Shown: one piece after another, positions 9,922-19,779 of the stretch
Position numbering within the stretch: position 1 is the stretch's first letter
Layout of the letters: each line of letters starts with the position of its first letter
Source: an uncultured Verrucomicrobiae bacterium
Lineage (GTDB): Bacteria; Verrucomicrobiota; Verrucomicrobiia; Chthoniobacterales; UBA10450
Reading direction: 5' to 3'
DNA length: 64,000 nt
Assembly: GCA_963772365.1 (NCBI GenBank)
Contig: CAVYXA010000001.1
Location: forward strand, 928,001-992,000
Made by a program: the position numbers and the translations under genes
Notes under the pieces: generated by a model
The model's database searches: none
Seen by the model: the letters and a program-made list of their open reading frames with translations, nothing else
What the model was told of the DNA's origin: nothing

Positions 9922-12900
9922 TCAATGAAATCGAAGCAGGTATCTCACCTTTAATCGGAAATCGCCTCCCACCTCAAGATCGCCCACGATTAGAAATTCA
10001 TCGTTAACCCTGAACCGCGCGGTGGCCTGGCGCTGGCCGGTGCGAGGATCGACCTGGCCGAAGCTCAGATCCAATCGACTGAAAATCGTGTTACTCTGAG
10101 TTGATTCTCCTTTCTTGAAAATCTTGCGATAAAGCTGCTGGATGAGCAACATCGCAGCGCGCCCAGCCAGCACATCATTGCCGCTGAGCAATTGCTCTCG
10201 CGTGGCGCCGGTGGCAAGCAAGGAAATAATTTCCTCCTGAGGCAGCGGCGGTTCGCTCGTGAACACGGCTTCGGGCGAGAGCACAGTTCCGTAAACGTAA
10301 ACCCGCACGGTGTAATCCTGAATGATCGAAGTCCCGCGCAAATCGAGCTTGGGATTGAACGGATCACCGCTCGGATCGAAATAGAGAAAGCCCTGGGAAA
10401 CCGAGAGCCGGCTGAACGGCAAAGTAGCATCGACATTATTCAGCCTCACAACTCCGTCCAAACCCGGGTGCAACCCGGTGCCGGTCAATTTCAAATCGAC
10501 GACTGCCTTGCCGGTTGCAAGATTGCCGCGGATCAGCACCGGATCTTTTGTCTTGATCGCCACATCGAACTTCCAATCTCGAAACGGTGGCGTCGTAAAC
10601 GCAAATTCCGGTTCCGCCGGAGGCGGCTGGGGCGGTGGCCGGCCGGGGAGCCCGATCGGAATCAGGTCGATGTTCTTGAGAAACCGGCTGTTCGTTAGGG
10701 CAACGGTCCCGGTCACGTTTGCACTCGTTAATGGCCCCGTAACCCCGACGTCCGCATCGGTTCGGATCGTCATTGTGTCGTTCCGCGCAACCAGAATACT
10801 GTCCGCTTTTAAATGCAGATCGAGCTGGACCGAAGTTAACGATTGAAACTTGATGTTGCCTCCGGCATTGAAATGTCCGCCAGCCAGCTCGCCATTGAAA
10901 CGCTCCAGCGTGAGATTGTCATTAGTGAAAGTCAGGCGAGCCTTGAAGTCGCGTAACGCAGGCAGTGTGGCATTCGCAAATCTCGCCAGAGTAATTGTCG
11001 TATCCGCGTTTCCGCTCAGGTTCGGCTGCGCGACCGTCCCGCCTACATCGACATCCATGGCCAGATCGCCATCGAGCACTTCGAGATCGGGAACAATGCC
11101 GCGAAGAAAATTTACCGAACTTCGCGGCAAATTGATTTTTGCCGTGACAGGGGTATCGCCAGAGATCTTCCGCTCGCGAATCGCTTTCGACAGATTGATC
11201 GGCAGATTTGCCGTCAACGTGAGAGGCTGAATCTGTTTCTGCTCAAGTTTTCCGGCCACATTGAGCTGATTGTTTTGAAGTTGAGCAGTCAGATCAAAAC
11301 TGGCCGGTTCGAGTTTCGGCGCCTTCTGGCTCTGGAGACCGCGCATCTGAAGATCGAAACGAGCGTTCAAATCGGATAATGTTCCGCCGGCATTGAGTTT
11401 TAAATTTAATTCACCGGAACAGGGCGCTTCTGCTCCGAAATCCTGGAATAGCTTTTTGATATCGAGATTCTCTGTTTGAAAGGTGGCCGTGACCTTCCCA
11501 TTGACTGGCGTGACCGGCTTGCTCGTCCCGAGATTTTTCCAAATGAACGGAATCGAGATGTAACCGCTCGCGTATTTCGATTGGGCCTGATTCAATTCAA
11601 TCTTCGAAATCTCCAGCGTCTGGCCTTTCGCTTCCGCGATCAGTTGGAAGTTCATCTGGCTCGTTGAGAGAAAGAAGAGCGGAGCATTGAAGCCTTCGGG
11701 CGAATAGGTCGCGTCAACTTTCGCTTCCACATTTTCCAGATCGCCGTAGCGCCCGTTTTCCAAACGCAATCGCAACGTCCCGGCATCCTGGAATTTTGTG
11801 GCCAGTCCGCTTCCATCCCAGTTCACGGCGAGCGATCCAGCGATTTCGGTGTCGATACCGAGTGCTTGCAACAATGGTTCCAGCTTCGATAAATCCGCGA
11901 TATTCGCCGACAACTTCCCACTATAACGAAACGGCGATTCCAGATCGACAGTCGCATTCGCGGCGATGAAATCGTTTTCATCGATCCGCGCGCTCAACTC
12001 CTTTACACGAAGCTGATTGTTCAAAACCGAGATTTGCCCGGTGAGTTGATTGAACGTCAGATCGCGGACCGCGAGGTTCGAGCCCGAGATCGACAACTCG
12101 CCATCGGCCACTTTGTTTTTCCGATCGATCCGGCCGTTCATCTGCAAGGAACCTGTGATCCGATTTGGAGAATCCTCGGCCCAGTATTCGCCTACGTCTC
12201 TTGCATTGAGATCGATATTCAGATTCACCGCAGTCGCGGTGAGGTTTGCGAAATTCTTTGGCAACTCATATTGCCCGGTCACCGCCAGCTTGTTGTCCGT
12301 TCGATCCAGCGCGAGCCGGTTGATTGTCAAAACGTCATCCGCTGCGCTCAGTGATGCGCTGATCGAATCGAAAACATAGTCGCGGTAATGGATGTCCGCT
12401 GCGTCTGCATTCACGACCGCGCGGAAATCGGCAAACCACGGTTTCTGTTCCTCAGGCGGCGGCATGATCTTGGACGCGCGAATGGCTGCGGTGACTTTGC
12501 CGACGCTTCCCTGTTTGAATCCGACTGAGTCTGCCGAAGCGGTAAGATTTACATGCAGCGTTCCGTTGGTGATTGAAAGTTTCCCGTTAAGCTGGGCTGA
12601 TCCAGTTAACGAATTTGGCGTCCGGGCGGTCAACTGGCCAAGATCGACATGATCGGCCGAAAGTTCGAGCTCCGCGGGCGTGCGACCCAGCTCTTCCATT
12701 TTAGAAGGCAATTGCGCCCAGCCGTGAAGTTCAATGTGATTGCCCGCCTCGATAATTTCGGCTGGTTCGAGAACCAGCTTTCCGTCTTTCACGCGGCCCT
12801 GGATTTCACCCTTGTCGAAACGGAGCGCGCCCAGCTGAAAATCCCGCAGGTTTGCGCTGATCGTGCCATCCCATGTGCTCGGCGAATCCAGTTTGCCGGT

Positions 12901-13809
12901 AAGGTCGATGTCGATGTTCCCAATGTCGCCAGCCAGAAAATTTTCCGGCAACCCTGCATACTTGTTCAGCGCAGAGACGGAAACGTTATGCGCATGCAGT
13001 TCGACCTTGTTCGAAAGAGAGGAAGCTTTCCTAAACCATTTCATCGAGCCAGAGATTTTTCCGCCGCCGATCTCCGTGTCGATGTTGACGTCGAGATTCT
13101 TATTCGCGATCTGTGACGCATCGATGTTCAAGCGAGTGATTCGATCTTGCTCGTTGAGCTGAAGATTTCGAATAACGAGATTCTTGTTCGCGTAGGATGT
13201 CCCGCCGGACAGATCGGTCCAGGTTTGGCCGTTCGGCAGTTGCAACCGCCCAATGTGCACCTTTCCAGGAAGCCGCGGGTCCAAATCCAGATTCACATTT
13301 TGGAGAAACAAATCGTGAGGCTCATCTCGCATGACCACACTCACATCCGATAGCATCAGACGATCGGGAAAGATTGTGAGCGGCACTGTCGCCTTCTTTG
13401 GTTTTTTCTTCGGCGCCGGTGGCGCGTTGGCCGGATTCAAAACGATCCGGGCTGATCGGATCTGAAGATTCTTAAGGAAATCTGAGACTCCATGCCGGAC
13501 CAGATCCCAAAGATTGTAATCGAGATGGATCAAATCGGCATCGATCGATTCCACCTCCGTCGGGCCCGTGGGAGTAACATGCAGATTCCGAAGAGTCAGG
13601 CCGGTGAGGACGTTTCCTTCGATATCGAAGGTCATCTTTAGGTTCTGCGCCGAGGCGGAATGCTGGACGACTTTCTTGACGACGAACTGCAAAAGCGGGC
13701 GGTGAAAAATCACCACTAATCCAAGACACACCAAAAGTGAAATCCCGACGGTGCGAAGCCATTTTCGTCGTCGATGCGGTCCCGTGCTTGCCTGATCCTG
13801 TTTAACCAC
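9922..13809 (-). CDS. TamB/AsmA-like translocation and assembly module protein
   Basis: N-terminal TM anchor, long beta-rich body, DUF490-like C-terminus (SEPPLPQEEIISLLATG); directly upstream of the Omp85 gene. Confidence 0.88.
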   Translation of the reverse strand: MVKQDQASTGPHRRRKWLRTVGISLLVCLGLVVIFHRPLLQFVVKKVVQHSASAQNLKMTFDIEGNVLTGLTLRNLHVTPTGPTEVESIDADLIHLDYNLWDLVRHGVSDFLKNLQIRSARIVLNPANAPPAPKKKPKKATVPLTIFPDRLMLSDVSVVMRDEPHDLFLQNVNLDLDPRLPGKVHIGRLQLPNGQTWTDLSGGTSYANKNLVIRNLQLNEQDRITRLNIDASQIANKNLDVNIDTEIGGGKISGSMKWFRKASSLSNKVELHAHNVSVSALNKYAGLPENFLAGDIGNIDIDLTGKLDSPSTWDGTISANLRDFQLGALRFDKGEIQGRVKDGKLVLEPAEIIEAGNHIELHGWAQLPSKMEELGRTPAELELSADHVDLGQLTARTPNSLTGSAQLNGKLSITNGTLHVNLTASADSVGFKQGSVGKVTAAIRASKIMPPPEEQKPWFADFRAVVNADAADIHYRDYVFDSISASLSAADDVLTINRLALDRTDNKLAVTGQYELPKNFANLTATAVNLNIDLNARDVGEYWAEDSPNRITGSLQMNGRIDRKNKVADGELSISGSNLAVRDLTFNQLTGQISVLNNQLRVKELSARIDENDFIAANATVDLESPFRYSGKLSANIADLSKLEPLLQALGIDTEIAGSLAVNWDGSGLATKFQDAGTLRLRLENGRYGDLENVEAKVDATYSPEGFNAPLFFLSTSQMNFQLIAEAKGQTLEISKIELNQAQSKYASGYISIPFIWKNLGTSKPVTPVNGKVTATFQTENLDIKKLFQDFGAEAPCSGELNLKLNAGGTLSDLNARFDLQMRGLQSQKAPKLEPASFDLTAQLQNNQLNVAGKLEQKQIQPLTLTANLPINLSKAIRERKISGDTPVTAKINLPRSSVNFLRGIVPDLEVLDGDLAMDVDVGGTVAQPNLSGNADTTITLARFANATLPALRDFKARLTFTNDNLTLERFNGELAGGHFNAGGNIKFQSLTSVQLDLHLKADSILVARNDTMTIRTDADVGVTGPLTSANVTGTVALTNSRFLKNIDLIPIGLPGRPPPQPPPAEPEFAFTTPPFRDWKFDVAIKTKDPVLIRGNLATGKAVVDLKLTGTGLHPGLDGVVRLNNVDATLPFSRLSVSQGFLYFDPSGDPFNPKLDLRGTSIIQDYTVRVYVYGTVLSPEAVFTSEPPLPQEEIISLLATGATREQLLSGNDVLAGRAAMLLIQQLYRKIFKKGESTQSNTIFSRLDLSFGQVDPRTGQRQATARFRVNDEFLIVGDLEVGGDFRLKVRYLLRFH

Positions 13810-14011
13810 GAATCCGTTACCCTATGATGCGAAGACGCGGGAGCAACCATCGGCGAGTTCGACTCCACCGCCCGCGCTTCTTGTCTCGCTTAGTATTCGC
13901 AACACCCGCGATATAAAGCGGTAATGCATTGCCAAAACGCTCCGCTCAGCAGCGGTAGGCCAATTCCTCATTGCGCGGCGAGGCCTCTCGCGGCACGCTT
14001 TATTTCACAAC

Positions 14012-14695
14012 ATGAGTCCCGATAGACTTTTCGATTATCTGGATGGCAAACTTTCCGCCCGTGAACGCAGCGAGATCGAGGACCGCCTCGTTTCGGATCC
14101 GCAGTTACAGCGCGAGCTGGCAGTCGCGCGCCGCATTCATGCCAGCATGCGTGGAGATTCGCGTGAAGTTGTGCTCGAAGAAAACCCGAACGCCGAGCGC
14201 AGTCGAACGCTCGCCCTGCGGATTGGCGTCGCCTTTCTGATCCTTACCGGACTCAATGTCGGAATCGGGCTTTGGTTGATCGCCCGACATGAAAGCAAGA
14301 ATCCAAACCGGCCTCTGCTTGAGAAACAAGCGCGCGAGCAAATCACAAAATCGCTGGAAGCCGCGGCAGCGTCGCTTACGCCACTGCCTTCGTTAGGTGT
14401 GAGTGAAATTACTCTCTCGGCTGCGTCAGGAAGATTGAATGCTGTGGCGGACGATGTCGCGGGAGCAGCACGCCGGCTGGGCGGCACGGCAACGAAAGGA
14501 CTTCCGGACAAACATCGAATGACCGTCCTTGTCGATCTTCCGGCCAATCGCGAAACGGAATTTCGACACACGCTTGCTGCAATCACAGGAGGGTCCATCA
14601 TCACGCCTTTCCCGACAGAAATGCCAGCCCCAGGATCGGGAAAAGAGAGTTTCATCATTCAAATCATCGAACTTGCTGCGGCGTCGCAAAAGTGA
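14012..14695 (+). CDS. Anti-sigma-factor-like membrane protein
   Basis: LFDYLDGKLSARERSEIEDRL N-terminus followed by one TM helix. Confidence 0.6.
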   Translation: MSPDRLFDYLDGKLSARERSEIEDRLVSDPQLQRELAVARRIHASMRGDSREVVLEENPNAERSRTLALRIGVAFLILTGLNVGIGLWLIARHESKNPNRPLLEKQAREQITKSLEAAAASLTPLPSLGVSEITLSAASGRLNAVADDVAGAARRLGGTATKGLPDKHRMTVLVDLPANRETEFRHTLAAITGGSIITPFPTEMPAPGSGKESFIIQIIELAAASQK

Positions 14696-15403
14696 TCGCT
14701 ATCACCTTTGCCTTGCCCGCCGAGAGTTCCTGCTTCCTGCGCTATTTGGGCCAGAAAGAGGGCCGAAATGAAAACGGTGTATCGACAGTGCGCGGCAGGA
14801 TCGACAACGCCATCATCGAAGTCGTTCATACCGGCGTCGGCGAAACCATCTGCCGCGAGCGAACCGCGCGTTTTCTGCAGGATCGACAACCGCAGTATTT
14901 GATCAGCTCCGGTTTCTCCGGCGCACTCACGAACCAGCTTCACGCCTGCGAGGTTTTCATTGCGCAAAATTTCTCAACGTTGCCGCTCGATTTCGCCCGA
15001 ACAGCGCTGCCGAGATCTTCCGGTCCGTTTTGTCGATCTTTACACGGCGCAGTCGTTAATCGGCTCGGCTGAGGAGCGCAGGCAAATCGCAGAACGGACC
15101 GGAGCTGTGGCTGTCGATATGGAAACCAAATTCATTGCTCGCGCATGCGCCGAACACGCCGTTCCGATGTTATCGCTGCGTGCTATCAGCGATTCAATTA
15201 TCCAGCCATTTCCAGCGCCGCCGGAAGTCTTGTTCGATTTGGCGCGACAGCGGACCGATCACGCAAAGCTCGCGATGTTCTTCCTGACGCATCCCCATCG
15301 CCTTCCTGCTCTTATTTTCTTCGCCAGAAGAATTTCCCGCGCCCGCAAAAACCTGACAAACGCGCTTGTTAAAGTATGTCGCGCTTTGTCTCAATTGGGA
15401 TGA
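14692..15403 (+). CDS. Nucleoside phosphorylase (MTA/SAH nucleosidase-like) family, frameshifted near 15020
   Basis: HTGVG and ISSGFSGAL in ORF 14692; GAVAVDMET and LRAISD in ORF 14960. Confidence 0.8.
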
Positions 15404-15493
15404 AATCACGAAATTCGCCGAGCAATCCGCCATTAAAAAAACGCAATCCACCGGCAGCAAGCGATATAGCTATATGGTAGGATTTGAGTCGAA

Positions 15494-16516
15494 ATGAAGG
15501 CTGCTTTGCGCATCGGCATCGTGATAGCTGCTCTGGCGGTGGCGGCGATATTGGTTTGGCAAGGCACGACAGCGCACGGAGCGCCTGATCCGCTGCGACC
15601 AAATACCAGCCCGACGGTCGCCTTTCTCGATATCGGAATTCTGGTTTTTCGCGAAGGACTGGAATGCATTTTGGTGCTAGCAGCCGTCACCGCGAGCATG
15701 ATCGGCGCGAAACGTAGCTATCGGCGGCCAATTGTTCTCGGGGCCAGCCTGGCATTTCTGGCTACATTAATTACCTGGTTCATTGCTGTGGGGATCGTCG
15801 ATTCCCTAGGCGAAAACATGCCAGCTCTCGATCTTCAGGCTGCCACTGGTCTGTTGGCGGTGATCGTTCTGTTGGTGATCATGAACTGGTTCTTCCATAA
15901 AATTTACTGGGGTGGCTGGATTCGCGCGCACAATCGACGGCGCAAGTCACTCCTGGAAAACGCCAATGCGGTAGAGATTTCTCAACTGCACCTTTGGTGG
16001 GGATTAGTGCTGCTCGGCTTCACATCGCTTTACCGTGAGGGATTCGAGGTAGTCCTGTTTCTGCAAAGTTACAATCTCCGTTTGGGCAGCGAAGTCGTAT
16101 TCAAGGGTGCGCTCCTCGGGATTGTTTTGTCGGCGATTGTGGCGGTTTTGACATTCGTTCTGCAACAGCGTCTGCCGTATCGAAAAATGTTGATCACGAC
16201 CGGCATCCTCCTCGGCGTGGTTTTGCTGGTCATGGTCGGCGAACAAGCACAGGAAATGCAGCTCGCCCACTGGATACCGACCACCCCGCTCGGACGTCTG
16301 AGCAGCCTGATTCCGCCGTGGATGGGCATGTGGTTCGCCGTGTTCCCGACAGTCGAAACTCTGGCCGCGCAGCTGATTGCCGCAGTTTTAGTAATCGGTT
16401 CTTACTACGCCGCGCGCCGTTTCGGCGGCAGCGTGCTGCCGCAGAGCACGGAAGCGACCGAAAAAGCGCGAACCGAAGCCAGCGCGCCAGTCGGGAAGCA
16501 ATTGGAAGCCGTGTGA
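15494..16516 (+). CDS. FTR1 family iron permease
   Basis: Two REGxE motifs (REGLE, REGFE); multiple TM helices. Confidence 0.88.
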   Translation: MKAALRIGIVIAALAVAAILVWQGTTAHGAPDPLRPNTSPTVAFLDIGILVFREGLECILVLAAVTASMIGAKRSYRRPIVLGASLAFLATLITWFIAVGIVDSLGENMPALDLQAATGLLAVIVLLVIMNWFFHKIYWGGWIRAHNRRRKSLLENANAVEISQLHLWWGLVLLGFTSLYREGFEVVLFLQSYNLRLGSEVVFKGALLGIVLSAIVAVLTFVLQQRLPYRKMLITTGILLGVVLLVMVGEQAQEMQLAHWIPTTPLGRLSSLIPPWMGMWFAVFPTVETLAAQLIAAVLVIGSYYAARRFGGSVLPQSTEATEKARTEASAPVGKQLEAV

Positions 16517-16593
16517 CGGTGTTCGGTTGTCGAGCTTAACCCATGCTCGACCCAGGTCGGCGGCATGATCCTAGCTGATTTGGATCGACGACA

Positions 16594-17808
16594 ATGACCA
16601 CGGAAACGATCGATGCATTGTTTACTGCGATGCTGAAAATGGGGGAAGGCGTATCAGACCTCCTCTTCGTCCCCGGAAAATCACCCCTGGCCGAGGTCCA
16701 CGGGAGATTGCACGAATTTCCCATTGATTCCGGGGTTCTCAGTTGGGACCAAGTCAAAACCCTGGCCAACCACATCATGAATGGAAACGCGCGTCTAACC
16801 CGGGAATTTGATCTTCTGGGCTCCTGTGATTGCAGCTACTCAATCGATGAGGTCGCCCGCTTCCGCGTTAACATTTTCCGGCAAGATGGCCGCCCGGGAA
16901 TCGTGATGCGCACTCTGCCGGCGGAAGTGCCGACTTTGAATCAACTGGGGCTGCCGCCGGTGTTCCAGGAGATTGTGAAGGAAAGGAACGGAATCGTGTT
17001 GATCACCGGAAGCGCTGGCAGCGGCAAAACTACAACTCTCGCGGCAGTGGTGGACGCGCTTAATCAGACGGAACAGATCCACATCGTTACGCTTGAAGAC
17101 CCGGTAGAATTTCAACACACCCACAAAAGAGCCGTCATCAATCAGCGCGAATTAGGCAAAGATTTTCCCACGTTTGCCGACGGGCTTCGGGCGGCCCTGC
17201 GGCAGGCGCCAAAGGTGATCTTGGTCGGCGAAATTCGCGACCGCGAATCGATGGAGATTGCCATGACAGCCAGTGAAACAGGTCATCTGGTTTTTAGCAC
17301 GCTTCACACTGTAAACGCCGGCCAGACAATCAATCGAATCATCGGGATGTTTCCTCGGGAGGAAGAGCAGCAACTTCGACAGCGCCTTTCCGAGACGATT
17401 CGCTACGTCGTGAGTCAGCGTCTAGTGAGCAAGGTCAATGGCGGTCGATTGCTGATCACCGAAGTAATGGGCAGCAGCTTGCGAACACGCGAGACCATTG
17501 TTTACGGCGAGTCGGAAACAAAAACTTTCGTGGAAATGATGGAATCTGGCTCGACGCTCGGCTGGCACACATTTGATCAATCTCTTCTCAAAGCGTACGA
17601 GGCAGATCTGATCGCTGAAGAAACCGCTATGACCTACTGCACGAACAAGAACCGGATGCGACGCGACCTGGACCAAGCCAAGAAGCGTCTCGGTGCGGCT
17701 GTGCCAGAAGCCCCTTCAGGGCTCAAATTGAACATTCCCAAGTCGATCTCGGCCATTCTCGAGGAGCAGCAGCATGCGCAGGCGATGACACCTGGCAGCC
17801 GCCCTTGA
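16594..17808 (+). CDS. pilT: PilT/PilU family type IV pilus ATPase
   Basis: GSAGSGKTT, TLEDPVE, ALRQAPKVILVGEIRD, TGHLVFSTLHT. Confidence 0.9.
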   Translation: MTTETIDALFTAMLKMGEGVSDLLFVPGKSPLAEVHGRLHEFPIDSGVLSWDQVKTLANHIMNGNARLTREFDLLGSCDCSYSIDEVARFRVNIFRQDGRPGIVMRTLPAEVPTLNQLGLPPVFQEIVKERNGIVLITGSAGSGKTTTLAAVVDALNQTEQIHIVTLEDPVEFQHTHKRAVINQRELGKDFPTFADGLRAALRQAPKVILVGEIRDRESMEIAMTASETGHLVFSTLHTVNAGQTINRIIGMFPREEEQQLRQRLSETIRYVVSQRLVSKVNGGRLLITEVMGSSLRTRETIVYGESETKTFVEMMESGSTLGWHTFDQSLLKAYEADLIAEETAMTYCTNKNRMRRDLDQAKKRLGAAVPEAPSGLKLNIPKSISAILEEQQHAQAMTPGSRP

Positions 17809-17838
17809 TCCGTTTCGTTGATTCGACGGCGTCCAGAT

Positions 17839-17867
17839 TTGACGATTCGATACAGCCCGAGTAGGCT
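17839..17867 (+). promoter_or_regulatory. Putative sigma70 promoter of rpsU
   Basis: TTGACG-17 bp-TAGGCT; AGGAG Shine-Dalgarno upstream of ATG 17912. Confidence 0.6.
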
Positions 17868-17911
17868 CCGCTTCGCCAGTCAGCAAATTTACCAAGTCAG
17901 GAGTGATTTAG

Positions 17912-18106
17912 ATGCCAGAAGTGATCGTTCGCAAAGGTGAACCCGTCGATCGCGCGTTGAAGCGGCTGAAGAACAAGCTGGATGCAGAAGGGATTCTCGA
18001 GGAGGTCCGCCGTTTGCGCGCCTTCGAGACGCCTTCTCAGAAGCATCGCCGCAAGGCCAAAGCCAACGCCAAACGCGGTCGAACGAAGTTCCGTTTCAAT
18101 CCGTAA
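17912..18106 (+). CDS. rpsU: 30S ribosomal protein S21
   Basis: MPEVIVRKGEPVDRALKRLK...EVRRLRAFETPS. Confidence 0.95.
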   Translation: MPEVIVRKGEPVDRALKRLKNKLDAEGILEEVRRLRAFETPSQKHRRKAKANAKRGRTKFRFNP

Positions 18107-18113
18107 GACCGGT

Positions 18114-18170
18114 AAACAATTGAAAGTTAAAAGGTTAAAGGTTTACCATTAACTATTTAACTTACTGTTT
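18114..18170. terminator. AT-rich imperfect hairpin between convergent genes (possible bidirectional terminator or repeat)
   Basis: Arms AAACA..AAGTTAAA..GTTAA.GG and CC.TTAAC..TTTAACTT..TGTTT. Confidence 0.45.
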
Positions 18171-18179
18171 AGCTCCGCC

Positions 18180-19778
18180 TCACTCGCACTCGCATACGAT
18201 CCGAAATCCCAAATCGTTGCAGGAATAATTTGGAGCGTTTGAGCTTCGCACCGTAGTTCGCAGGCTGTGAAAACGTGATTTCCAGCTTCCGCCCCGATAG
18301 ACTCGGCGAGATCCGCTGGTGGGTCCGTGTGGATTGATCTTGGGGGTTCCCTGATAAGCGGCGTAATAATCGAGGCACCACTCCCAGACATTCCCGGCCA
18401 TGTCTTCGATCCCAAATGGGCTCGCTCCGATCGGGAAAGCGCCTACAGGCGAAGTCTCGGCATATCCGTCGTCGATCTCTCGGTCGCTCCAGGCGAATAC
18501 GGTGTTCTTGTCTGCGAAATTGGCCAAATCGCCGCGTCCCTCATAGTTTCCCCATGGAAAACGGCGGCCATCAGTTCCGCGGGCCGCGTACTCCCACTCC
18601 GCTTCCGTGGGCAAACGGTATCTTTTATGTTCCCGGGCACTCAACCATTGGCAGAATTTAATCGCATCCAAGCTGCTAACGTAAACAACCGGATGGCGAT
18701 CGCCTGCTCCCGGCATTCGCTTTTGGGCGTGGCCTGAATCGAAGTTTTCGTAATCTGCATTCGTCACTAGTTGCCGGGACAAATAGAAACCACTGATTGT
18801 GACCTTGGTCACCGGCCGCTCGTTCGGCGGAGAATCAACATCATCACTCCCCATCGCAAACTCTCCCGAGGGAACAAACAGCATCTCAGCGCCCAACGAC
18901 GATTGAAAATTAGAATGGCGCGCCCGCTCCACGTCGGGATTGAATTGAATTTTCCGAATCGGTTTTTCTTCTTCCACCTTGCCTGGAGCGATGTTGGATA
19001 TCTGCGGTCGCGATGCAGCAGCTGGTCGCGAAATGGAGGCCAGAGCTTTCTCGTCAGCCTCTTCGAGGTAAAGATCGACCAAATCCTCGGCTTCGCCGGC
19101 ATCCATGCCGAGGTTCTCAGCCATGTTGATAAGCGCGTCCCGCTGATCGTCAGTCATGGAGTCGCTGTCCAAACCGCTCAGACGCAGCAGTCGAAGAAAT
19201 TCCTCCGAGGAGTTGGAAGGCGGTGCTCCGTTCGAGGTTGCAACTTCCATCTTCGGCTCGGCCGGCTTTGTCCGCTGGATCTTGTGCTCGCTCATTTCAC
19301 CCTCGATGAGCGCCTTCATCTGCTGCTCGCTTAGTCCCCGACTACCCCCAAAATGCAGAAGATTTTTTTCTTCCTGGTCGGAAAGAGAGCCGTGGCCGGT
19401 TGCGAATTTGAAGTATTTTTTAAACTCATCTATCGCCTCTTCCTGTTGTTCTGCCGCAATCTGCTCGTCCAATTTGCGGCGCCGCTCAGGATCGAGAAGT
19501 TCGACCCGCGCCTCAGTTAGATATCGGGATGACTCATCCAAGCCGGCACGGAGCAACTGAGCGAGCGGGTTGCTCGGTTGATTTTTTAGCGGCAGTTTCT
19601 TTTGCCACCAGCGGAGTAATTCTCGACAATGCTCTTCGATCCGTTCGTTGCTCGGATTCGACTTCGGATCGAGGCAAAGACGCTCGTAAAAGTTCGGAGA
19701 GTTATATTTGTTCCAGCCGTCCCATTTCTTAGGATCGTCTGGTAAGGGAATTGGAAAGGTGACCTCGCATTTGGCCAT
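18180..19778 (-). CDS. J-domain-like N-terminus, two helical repeats, C-terminal FGE-sulfatase (SUMF1) domain
   Basis: RLPTEAEWEYAARG, DMAGNVWEWC, RGGSW, LGFRIV; N-terminal NFYERLCL...LTEARVELLDPERRRKLD. Confidence 0.85.
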   Translation of the reverse strand: MAKCEVTFPIPLPDDPKKWDGWNKYNSPNFYERLCLDPKSNPSNERIEEHCRELLRWWQKKLPLKNQPSNPLAQLLRAGLDESSRYLTEARVELLDPERRRKLDEQIAAEQQEEAIDEFKKYFKFATGHGSLSDQEEKNLLHFGGSRGLSEQQMKALIEGEMSEHKIQRTKPAEPKMEVATSNGAPPSNSSEEFLRLLRLSGLDSDSMTDDQRDALINMAENLGMDAGEAEDLVDLYLEEADEKALASISRPAAASRPQISNIAPGKVEEEKPIRKIQFNPDVERARHSNFQSSLGAEMLFVPSGEFAMGSDDVDSPPNERPVTKVTISGFYLSRQLVTNADYENFDSGHAQKRMPGAGDRHPVVYVSSLDAIKFCQWLSAREHKRYRLPTEAEWEYAARGTDGRRFPWGNYEGRGDLANFADKNTVFAWSDREIDDGYAETSPVGAFPIGASPFGIEDMAGNVWEWCLDYYAAYQGTPKINPHGPTSGSRRVYRGGSWKSRFHSLRTTVRSSNAPNYSCNDLGFRIVCECE

Positions 19779-19779
19779 T

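Noticed and set aside
4169..13762. Numerous long antisense or alternate-frame ORFs here and across the window (for example 4792..5478, 7593..8249, 8934..9632)
   Set aside because: Shadow ORFs of GC-rich coding genes with no recognisable motifs.
16594..17808. pilT as the motor for the secretin-like operon at 32-37 kb
   Set aside because: It is 15 kb away in a housekeeping context with no linking evidence.
18180..18330. FGE-sulfatase C-terminus as a diversity-generating retroelement variable region
   Set aside because: I saw no template repeat and no reverse transcriptase in the window; a remote DGR cannot be excluded.
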